This document shows, one piece after another, positions 50,988 to 58,416 of a DNA stretch of 64,000 nt. The DNA is taken from assembly GCA_965227065.1 (NCBI GenBank), contig CBDDFN010000003.1, positions 30,303-94,302 on the forward strand, given 5' to 3'. How positions within the stretch are numbered: position 1 is the stretch's first letter; each line of letters starts with the position of its first letter. Made by a program: the position numbers and the translations under genes. The notes under the pieces are model-generated. The model worked only from the letters and a program-made list of their open reading frames with translations, was not told where the DNA came from and did no database searches. The DNA comes from Alphaproteobacteria bacterium (GTDB taxonomy: Bacteria > Pseudomonadota > Alphaproteobacteria > SPJN01).

Positions 50988-51331
50988 GCCGGAGCAATCC
51001 GGCTATGGCGATAAACGGGATTCGTAATAAACGGATCGGACCCGGGGGCAGTACCCGGCGCCTCCACCAAATTCGGTTCCCGGCCTTCCTGCTCCCGCCA
51101 CACGGCGCCGGCAGGACGGCCGGACCAGCATGGGGGCGAAATAGGCTCGACGAACGTCTAAAGGCTTCCTTTTCGCTCGGTATGGTCCCGCCGATATCGG
51201 ACCATTACATAGTTGCAAATGACAACGATGTGCAGGCTGTCGCTGCGTAAGCAGTTCAGCCTAACCTAAACTCCTAGGCCTTCACACGCCTAGGCGGGGT
51301 TCGGAGGGCACCTGGCAACAGAAGCCCTCCA
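50988..51331 (+). ncRNA. ssrA: Two-piece (circularly permuted) tmRNA
   Basis: T-arm/acceptor GACCCGGGGGCAGTACCCGGCGCCTCCACCA ends 51069; intervening hairpin; coding piece starts GGGGGCGAAATAGG at 51132; tag ANDNDVQAVAA* at 51215-51250. Confidence 0.95.
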
Positions 51332-51367
51332 CTCTTTCGGCCCGCTGTCCGCGACGAGCGTGAAGGA

Positions 51368-51544
51368 TCAAAGCCCGATCAGATAGCCCAGCGCCAATAT
51401 CCCGAAAATCCAGAAATACCAGGGAACGCCAAACAGGGTCGGTCCCAGCGCGCCTTGGAAAATATCGCGCTTGTCTTCAGCCTCGCCGCGCTTGCGCGCC
51501 CGGCGGCGGTCTGCAACGCGGTCCTTGAACGTCTCTCGCTTCAT
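51368..51544 (-). CDS. Small membrane protein (58 aa)
   Basis: SD GAGGA; basic N-terminus and C-terminal TM (GVPWYFWIFGILALGYLIGL). Confidence 0.6.
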   Translation of the reverse strand: MKRETFKDRVADRRRARKRGEAEDKRDIFQGALGPTLFGVPWYFWIFGILALGYLIGL

Positions 51545-51615
51545 ATCCTCACTATAAGAAAGGGAGAGCCCGTCCCCAAGCCCTCCCTCGCAGAACAATC
51601 ATGTCACCGGCCTCT

Positions 51616-52119
51616 TCACCGGTGGCCGAAGACCTTATCAATCCAGCACTTCTGTTTGTCATCCATCGTCTCGTAAAGCGCGGCAAGCTTGGGCTGAATG
51701 GCATCAAGCTGCTCTGCGCCTTTGGCTGACACCACCGCCATCACCGCCATCCGTTCGGGCGCGGTCTGGGCGGGTGTGGTGCATACGGGATCACGCAGCG
51801 CCAGGACACCGGCCCGCATTTCATCGCGCAAATCAACCCACAAGACCTGCTGGTCCTCGCGAATATCAAGCCGGTCTTCGGCCCGCTCCAACCAGCGGTC
51901 GAGCTTGGCCTCCCCCTTCTCGCCGCACCAGCGGGCATGATGGCGCCCGCCAAACCATGATCTGCGCATGTCTTGATCCTCCTCTGCGGCCTGGGCTGAA
52001 AAGCCCGCGCCAAACGGGTCGAGCGCCGCATAAGTGGCGCTCGCGCCCACCACAATGGCGGTTGCCGCCACAATCGACAGGGACAGTTTCCGCAATGCTG
52101 AGATATCGGTCTTGGCCAT
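51616..52119 (-). CDS. Spy/CpxP (LTXXQ-like) periplasmic protein
   Basis: Signal peptide; LDIREDQQVLW...PERM...LYETMDDKQK; SD GAGGAGG. Confidence 0.85.
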   Translation of the reverse strand: MAKTDISALRKLSLSIVAATAIVVGASATYAALDPFGAGFSAQAAEEDQDMRRSWFGGRHHARWCGEKGEAKLDRWLERAEDRLDIREDQQVLWVDLRDEMRAGVLALRDPVCTTPAQTAPERMAVMAVVSAKGAEQLDAIQPKLAALYETMDDKQKCWIDKVFGHR

Positions 52120-52174
52120 CTTTGCCTCCTCGCGCTTCAATGAGCACAGGATGGCAAGCGCCCGTATCAGGGAT

Positions 52175-52210
52175 ATAACCGGGCCTTTAAGAAATGTAAC
52201 AATGCGTAAC
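52175..52210. promoter_or_regulatory. Phased direct repeats, OmpR/CpxR-type binding site
   Basis: GTAAC at 52196 and 52206 (10-bp period), ATAAC at 52175. Confidence 0.55.
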
Positions 52211-52288
52211 TGCGCGTGCGGACCGGGTTACCCTTTGTTGCCAAAAGGTGGGCGATTTCAAGCGCTTTGCCCGGTATAGTCAGCTTCC

Positions 52289-53014
52289 ATGACAGATCAG
52301 ACACAACAGACCCGCGTGCTGGTGGTCGATGATGACGCAGAAATCCGCGATCTTCTGGGCCGCTATCTCGCCACGCACGGCTTTGAGGTCAGTCTCGCCG
52401 CCAGCGCCGGCGAAGCTGAACAGATGTTATCGGGCGCCCCTGAGCTGGTCGTGCTTGATGTCATGATGCCCGGCGAAACCGGAACCGACTTTTTAAGCCG
52501 CTTGCGCGCGCAAAAAAACTCGGTGCCGGTGATCTTGCTGACCGCCATGGCCGAAGATACAGACCGGATCGTCGGCCTCGAACTGGGCGCCGATGATTAT
52601 GTCACCAAGCCGTTTAACCCCCGCGAACTGGTGGCGCGCATCAAGACGGTGCTGCGCCGGGCCGATTCCCAAAACCAGCCCGCCGCGCCATCGGGTGATG
52701 GGTACCGCTTTGCCGATTTTGAAGTCATCCCCGAACGCCGCACCGTGACCCGCGCGGGCGAGGCGCTTGAGTTGACAAGCGGCGAGTATGAACTGTTGCT
52801 GTGCTTCATCACCCATCCGGGCCGGGTGTTGAGCCGCGATTTTCTGATGGATCACACGCGCGGCCGCGACGCCGATCCGCTTGACCGCACAATCGATGTT
52901 GCGCTCAGCCGGCTGCGCCGCAAGATCGAAGCCGATCCAGCCCATCCTGAGTTGATCAAGACCGTGCGCGGCGGCGGGTATGTGCTGTCGGCCAAGGTGG
53001 ACCGCACCTCATGA
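52289..53014 (+). CDS. OmpR-family response regulator
   Basis: VVDDD, VLDVMMPG, GADDYVTKPF, winged helix RTIDVALSRLRRK. Confidence 0.96.
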   Translation: MTDQTQQTRVLVVDDDAEIRDLLGRYLATHGFEVSLAASAGEAEQMLSGAPELVVLDVMMPGETGTDFLSRLRAQKNSVPVILLTAMAEDTDRIVGLELGADDYVTKPFNPRELVARIKTVLRRADSQNQPAAPSGDGYRFADFEVIPERRTVTRAGEALELTSGEYELLLCFITHPGRVLSRDFLMDHTRGRDADPLDRTIDVALSRLRRKIEADPAHPELIKTVRGGGYVLSAKVDRTS

Positions 53015-54339
53015 GTTGGCATCGCCCCCATGATGCAACGATGACGGTCAAGATCGCCATGACGCTGATCGGGGTCATGCTGCTGGTTGCGGGCGGAGCG
53101 GTGTACTACATCGTCAAAGTGACCGGCGAACAGTCGAGCCAGGAGTTTGACCGCCGCCTGAAAAGCCAGCTCACCGCCATTTTAACCCTGATGGACGAAA
53201 CCCCTGCGGCAGACCGGGCGCGCCTGTTGCCAGCCCTCAACACGCCCTTGTTTTCGGTTGATCTGCAAGACACGCCACGCGGCTTTGTTCCCCCCAGAGG
53301 GGAAGCCCGCCGCGTGCTGACTGAAATGACCGACAATATTCTGTCGCCGCTCAAGTCGCGCACCGTGCGCGTCCATGTGCCGGACTGGGATGAAAGCCGC
53401 TCACCGGTGGCAGACACGCGCATTGCCGTGGCGCTGAAAGACGGTGGATGGCTGGTCTTTGGCATCCCCTCCTACATCACCCACACAATCTGGAAGACCG
53501 GCGAGGTTTTGACCGCTGTGCTGTGGGTCATTGTCTTTATTGTTCTGGTTATCTTTATCGCCAAGCGCCTGTCGCGGCCCTTGCGCCGCTTCACCGAGGC
53601 GGCTGAGCGGCTCGGCACCGATCTTGATGCCCCGCCCATGTCCGAGCATGGCGGCCCTGAACTCAAGCGGGCCGCGCGCGCCTTCAACCAGATGCAAACC
53701 CGCCTGCAACGCTATCTCGAAGACCGCACCTTGATGCTGGCCGCGATCAGCCATGATCTGCGCTCCTACCTCACGCGGCTTCGGCTGCGAATCGAGTTTC
53801 TCGAAGGCGAAGAACGCGACAAGGCTGCGCGCGATGTTGAAGATATGGAGCGGATCTTGAACGACACGCTTGATTTTGCGCGCGACGATGCCGCCAAGGA
53901 AGAGCGGGACAGCATTGATCTGGCTGCGTTTGCCAAAGACAGGACAGGCCGCTTTGCTGATGCGGGCGCCGATGTCACCTTCACCGGCGGCCCGGCCCTT
54001 ACCCTGGTGGCACGGCCGGTTGCCATTGCCCGCGCACTCGACAATCTGATTGAAAATGCGGTGCATCACGCCGGGTCGGCCCGCATCTCGATTGAAGCGG
54101 CCCATGACATGGCCGCGCTGGTGGTGCGGGACCCCGGCCCCGGTATCCCCCAGGAGGAATGGGAGGCGGTGTTCCGCCCCTTCTACCGGCTTAATTCGGC
54201 GCGCACACTGGGCACCGGCGGGTCGGGCCTGGGGCTGGCGATTGCGCGATCAACCGCGCGCAGTCATGGCGGTGACGTCCGGTTTGTCCAAGACGGCCAA
54301 GGCTTTGGCGTCAGGCTCGAATTGCCGGTCAAAAAGTAA
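53011..54339 (+). CDS. HAMP sensor histidine kinase
   Basis: Two TMs; AAISHDLRS, DNLIENAVHH, DPGPGIP, GGSGLGLAI. Confidence 0.96.
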   Translation: MSWHRPHDATMTVKIAMTLIGVMLLVAGGAVYYIVKVTGEQSSQEFDRRLKSQLTAILTLMDETPAADRARLLPALNTPLFSVDLQDTPRGFVPPRGEARRVLTEMTDNILSPLKSRTVRVHVPDWDESRSPVADTRIAVALKDGGWLVFGIPSYITHTIWKTGEVLTAVLWVIVFIVLVIFIAKRLSRPLRRFTEAAERLGTDLDAPPMSEHGGPELKRAARAFNQMQTRLQRYLEDRTLMLAAISHDLRSYLTRLRLRIEFLEGEERDKAARDVEDMERILNDTLDFARDDAAKEERDSIDLAAFAKDRTGRFADAGADVTFTGGPALTLVARPVAIARALDNLIENAVHHAGSARISIEAAHDMAALVVRDPGPGIPQEEWEAVFRPFYRLNSARTLGTGGSGLGLAIARSTARSHGGDVRFVQDGQGFGVRLELPVKK

Positions 54340-54342
54340 GTA

Positions 54343-54948
54343 TCAGGGAAGTTTGGGGCGCCGGTTGAGGCCAAGCGGGGCCTTTCCCGGATCAGGCGCG
54401 CCTGCCCGGTCGATCCCGGTTGGCCGCATACCCATACCCATTCCGTTCGAACCATCCTGGGCGGCAAATTCAGATCGCAGCTCGCGATAGGCCGCCCGGT
54501 TGCCCGATGCATGGACACCAAGCAGAACCTGATTGTTACGGACACCGCGCACATAAGGCAGGGCGCGGGCAGCCGACAGGCCCGCCCGGCGGTCAGAACT
54601 GACTGCCGCCGATGAAATCAGGGCCGCGCGGCTTGGCGCAACATTGGCCGCAGCAACAGCTATGGCCGGGATCTGGCCGCGATTGGCGCGCATGATCTGT
54701 TCAAGGGCGTGTTCGGCATCGCCATCGCTTTCACGCCGCATGGCCGACCGGATACGATTGGCGGTCACAGGATCAAGGCGTTCTTCACCACTGCCGGGAA
54801 GCCGGACGATCATTGATCCATCGGCACCATAGCGGACATCACCAGCGGCTTGCGCGCTGTCGGCGCTAAGCGCCAGCGCTGAAGGCAGGCCAACACCGCC
54901 CGCAAGGGCCAGTGCAAAACCAAGCGCGCCGATGCGCAACGCCTTCAT
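54343..54948 (-). CDS. Exported hypothetical protein
   Basis: Ala/Gly-rich signal peptide from MKALRIG. Confidence 0.6.
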   Translation of the reverse strand: MKALRIGALGFALALAGGVGLPSALALSADSAQAAGDVRYGADGSMIVRLPGSGEERLDPVTANRIRSAMRRESDGDAEHALEQIMRANRGQIPAIAVAAANVAPSRAALISSAAVSSDRRAGLSAARALPYVRGVRNNQVLLGVHASGNRAAYRELRSEFAAQDGSNGMGMGMRPTGIDRAGAPDPGKAPLGLNRRPKLP

Positions 54949-55143
54949 TGCCCGTGTGTGTGTCCTGAAGATCACCGAATCCTCTTTCGCCAATTTTTGA
55001 GCCCACACTCAACTTTCCGTTTCCCGAATCTAGCGGTGGGCCTCTTGCTTGCCTAGAAGCTAGGGGCCGATTGTGGCTGAAACGCGGCGTGAACAGCACG
55101 GCTTTGCGGCATTTTGGTCACAGATTTGGCCGGAATTGGCGAA

Positions 55144-56877
55144 TTAACCAAGCTGGCGGCTGCCTGCGCCACGCTGGGAGCGCTGCTGCGCGCGATGGGC
55201 AAATCGGCCCGCATGAATCAATTGCCACTCCTCAGCGTCGAGAGACAGAACACGTCCGGCCACACAATCGGCAAACAGCTGGCCAAGCAGCGGCGCAGTC
55301 ACAAATCCGCGGGCGCCAAGCCCGGTTACGCGCCAGCGCGTGCCGTCTTCATCGACCGGCCCCAGCGCGGGGAGCCGGTCGGGCAAGGTGACCCGTACGC
55401 CCGCCCAGCGGCCTTCAACCTGAACGCCTTCCGCTCCCAGCCTTTCAGCAGCCGTCATCAAATCGCGCTCAATCGCGTCATCCCATTCAAGCGCTGAATG
55501 ACCATCATGGGGCGTGAAGCTTGCGCCCACCATGGCGCGTCCCTCTGCCATCGGCACCACAAACTCCCCAGCCACCAGGGGGCGACCAGGCAAGTTCTGC
55601 GCCGAAATTTCAATCGTCTGTCCCGCACGATAGCTGACCGGCCAGGCATCGCCGTCGGCCTCCACCTCTGCCCCGATGGCTTCAAGGATGATCCGGGCCG
55701 GGTCAAGCTCAGACGTCACGGGTGGCGGTGTCAGCGCCTTGAGCGTGGCGCGCGGTTCAAGCCAGCCGCCGCGCGGATGATGCAAGCATGCGCCATCCCA
55801 CCGGGCATCACTGTGTTGGGCAAAGCGGGCAAAGCGGTCGTGATCACGGTCTGATTGCGGGTGCTGGTCAACGCCGATTTCCTTCAGCACCCCAAGCCCG
55901 GTCCAGTGCGCATGGGCGGTGTCGAAATAACGGCGCAACAGCCGTTCTTCGGCACCCCCGCCGACATGGACGCGCGGCATCATCAATGCGGCTACATTTC
56001 CCGATGCGCCTGCCCCCATGCCATTTTTGTCGGAAAGACTGACCGCCTGCCCCGCCTGGGCAAGCGCATGGGCCGCGCACAGGCCCGCAACCCCGCATCC
56101 GTGTACCGCGACCGGACCGCCGGGCAGCGCATCGACAAACCACCAGGGACGAGCCTGAAGCGTTGCAAGCACTCCGGTAATGCGGTGACGCTTGCCGCCA
56201 AATCCCGGTTCGCGTCTGATTTCAAATCCCGCCGCTTCCAAACCCCGCCGGACATGCCCCGCTGCGGTAAAACTGGCAAGCCGCGCGCCGGGTGCAGATT
56301 GTGCAGCCAGTGTTTCAAACAGCTCCGCGCGCCACATATCGGGATTGCGGGAGGGCGCAAAGCCATCAAGAAACCACGCCTCCACCCCGCCCGGCACCAC
56401 GGCTTTGGCAAGATCGACAGCCTCGCCCACAATCAAAGTCAGACGAACTGCACCCCCGTCGAACAAGAATTGATGCAACCCCGGCGCCAGTTGATCGGGC
56501 CAGACGGACTGGAGTTGTGCGGCATAGCCCGCCACCGCCGCGAATGGTTTATGCGACCGGGCCAGTTGCTCCGGCGTCATCGGATAGGCTTCAACCGACA
56601 CGAAGTCGAGCGTGGGCGGTGTCCCGCCCGCTTCTTTCCACGCCTGCCAGGCCAGCAGAAAGTTCAGCCCTGTGCCAAAGCCGGTTTCGCCGATGCGCGA
56701 GGGCCCGCCCGGCACCGCCCAGCGTTCGGGCAGCCCGCACCCTTCGAGAAAGACCAGTCGGCTTTCAGCCACCGGGTCGGGCGCATAATAGCTGTCTTCA
56801 AACTGTTCGGCCTTGGGCCGGCCATCGTCTGTCCAGCTGAGCTTGGGGGGCTGTCCAATTTCGGTCGGTGTTCTCAT
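55144..56877 (-). CDS. mnmC: Bifunctional tRNA mnm5s2U biosynthesis protein (methyltransferase plus FAD oxidase)
   Basis: ESRLVFLEG, IGETGFGTGLNF, WFLDGFAP..NPDMW, GCGVAG, GASGN, TGLGARG. Confidence 0.93.
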   Translation of the reverse strand: MRTPTEIGQPPKLSWTDDGRPKAEQFEDSYYAPDPVAESRLVFLEGCGLPERWAVPGGPSRIGETGFGTGLNFLLAWQAWKEAGGTPPTLDFVSVEAYPMTPEQLARSHKPFAAVAGYAAQLQSVWPDQLAPGLHQFLFDGGAVRLTLIVGEAVDLAKAVVPGGVEAWFLDGFAPSRNPDMWRAELFETLAAQSAPGARLASFTAAGHVRRGLEAAGFEIRREPGFGGKRHRITGVLATLQARPWWFVDALPGGPVAVHGCGVAGLCAAHALAQAGQAVSLSDKNGMGAGASGNVAALMMPRVHVGGGAEERLLRRYFDTAHAHWTGLGVLKEIGVDQHPQSDRDHDRFARFAQHSDARWDGACLHHPRGGWLEPRATLKALTPPPVTSELDPARIILEAIGAEVEADGDAWPVSYRAGQTIEISAQNLPGRPLVAGEFVVPMAEGRAMVGASFTPHDGHSALEWDDAIERDLMTAAERLGAEGVQVEGRWAGVRVTLPDRLPALGPVDEDGTRWRVTGLGARGFVTAPLLGQLFADCVAGRVLSLDAEEWQLIHAGRFAHRAQQRSQRGAGSRQLG

Positions 56878-56886
56878 CCCTGTCTT

Positions 56887-57654
56887 TTAGAAGGGCTCCT
56901 TATAAGGGCGCAAATCAAGATCGAGCGTCCAGGTCGTTTTGGGCTGACAATGCAGCATCCAATAGGCCGCCGCCATGTCGGCAAGATTGAGCACCCCATC
57001 CTCGCCACGCGCCTCATAAAATTCGGGGAAGCGTTCGCGCACCTTGTCGCCGCCGATAATGCCATCGACAATCACATGGGCGACATGGATGCCAAGCGGG
57101 CCGAACTCACGGGCAAAGCCATGCGCCACCGCCCGTTCGGACGCCTTGGCGGCGGCAAATCCGATAAAGGGCGGACGCGAGCGCGTGCTGGCCGTCGCGC
57201 CGGTATAGATGATGGAGCCGCCCAGATCATGATCAAGCATGTGGCGCGCGGCTTCCCGTCCGGCAACAAACCCGCCATAGGCGCACAGCCGCCACAATTT
57301 TTCGAACTGTTTGCCCTCCATTTCGAGGCTGGGGACGGCCAGATTGTTGCCGGTGTTATAAACCGTGAGCACCACAGGTTTCTTGGCCGCCGTCATCTCT
57401 TCGTAAAAAGCGCTGACCTGAGCTTCATCGGTCGAATCACAAATATGGAATTCCGCGCGTCCGCCTTCGGCCTCGATCACATCAACCAGTGTTTGCAGGC
57501 TTGCTTCGGTTCGGCCAACGGCGATTGTCTTCAGCCCTTCGGCCGCGAACTTGCGGCAGAGCGCCGCACCCAGCCCCTCCATCGGCCCAACCCCGAACAC
57601 CACGGCAAAGCGGTCAAGCTGGCCGGAATCAATCTTTCCTGCTGGTGAATTCAT
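56887..57654 (-). CDS. Short-chain dehydrogenase/reductase
   Basis: GVGPMEGLG, YNTG, TGATASTR..PPFIGFAAAK, HVAHVIVDG. Confidence 0.92.
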   Translation of the reverse strand: MNSPAGKIDSGQLDRFAVVFGVGPMEGLGAALCRKFAAEGLKTIAVGRTEASLQTLVDVIEAEGGRAEFHICDSTDEAQVSAFYEEMTAAKKPVVLTVYNTGNNLAVPSLEMEGKQFEKLWRLCAYGGFVAGREAARHMLDHDLGGSIIYTGATASTRSRPPFIGFAAAKASERAVAHGFAREFGPLGIHVAHVIVDGIIGGDKVRERFPEFYEARGEDGVLNLADMAAAYWMLHCQPKTTWTLDLDLRPYKEPF

Positions 57655-58040
57655 CGTCGTCTCCCTGTTTTGTGACGGGCATCTCGCCCCATCTAACACT
57701 TTGGTGTGACACCCCCGGGCGCGGGAGCATTTTGAAACCTCTTTGTTTTTTCGTCGCTTTTGGACTGATTCTGCACGCTCAGCGGGCCGCCTGTGAACAA
57801 GACACGCCTATAAAGCGATCAGCCGCATCCAACTCCCTGATATTTCTGAAAATATTCGCATCCATGCAGCCCAGGGGTGAATCTGGCGCTCCACACTTTC
57901 TCATCAAGGCTCACAACCCGGTCCATGACCCCCAATCCCGGTGTTGGTCCTTTGGTGTTGGTCTTGCCCACCCTTTTTGTCTGGACAGACCCCATTCTTT
58001 TAGGCATTATCCGTTTACCGAAGCAGTTGCCACTCCAATC

Positions 58041-58196
58041 GCGCTTCGGCGTCCCACCGCCAATGGGACACATGATGACCGGACGAACCACCACCACCAT
58101 GCGTCCGTCATTCTGATTTTCAGGGGAAGTGGTCGCCAACCCACCACCACCGATCCGCCGCTTCCCCTGAAACACTTCTTCAAGCAACACTTCTTC
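58041..58196 (+). ncRNA. Candidate structured sRNA: consecutive hairpins with C/A-rich loops
   Basis: cUUCGg hairpin; GTCCCA/TGGGAC (loop CCGCCAA); ATGAC-C-GGACG/CGTCCGTCAT (loop AACCACCACCACCATG); 15-bp TTTCAGGGGAAGTGG/CCGCTTCCCCTGAAA with loop containing CCACCACCAC. Confidence 0.5.
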
Positions 58197-58356
58197 CAGA
58201 AACAGTCTCTGCAACACGAGATTTTCTCCATCAGAATCATTCAGGTCACAACAGTGTCTAGACCGGTCTGTCTATTGAAGCACAGTTGGACGCCCCCGTC
58301 ATGTCAAAGCGCATGAAACGGCAACCCGGTGTCTGTGACTGGCGTGCTTGCCGGCA

Positions 58357-58416
58357 CTTGCTCTACCTGTTTGCAAGCACGCGCTTGCTCTACCTGTTTG
58401 CAAGCACGCGCTTGCT
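58357..58416. repeat. Tandem 27-bp duplication (2.2 copies) spanning the DUF3604 stop codon
   Basis: CTTGCTCTACCTGTTTGCAAGCACGCG at 58357-58383 and 58384-58410, then CTTGCT. Confidence 0.95.

Noticed and set aside
51061-51400. Prophage or island integrated at ssrA
   Set aside because: No integrase and no duplicated acceptor-stem sequence seen; flanking GC is normal
55855-57648. 597-aa + strand ORF
   Set aside because: Antisense shadow of mnmC and the SDR gene
57880-58000. MraZ-like TGGG repeats, or oriC
   Set aside because: Spacing is irregular, there is no dcw cluster and there are no consensus DnaA boxes
58072-58116. MMTGRTTTTMRPSF as a Thr attenuator leader
   Set aside because: No + strand biosynthetic gene downstream; the next gene is convergent
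57489-58316. ORFs across the 57.7-58.3 kb intergenic region (275 aa +, 132 aa -, 77 aa Cys/Trp-rich -)
   Set aside because: Low-complexity runs (HHHH, TTTT, VVVV, WWWW) come from the same (CCA)n repeats in different frames; no recognisable fold. The 132-aa ORF has a possible SD, so it is not fully excluded
58357-58416. CRISPR array
   Set aside because: Repeats are directly adjacent with no spacers and there are no cas genes
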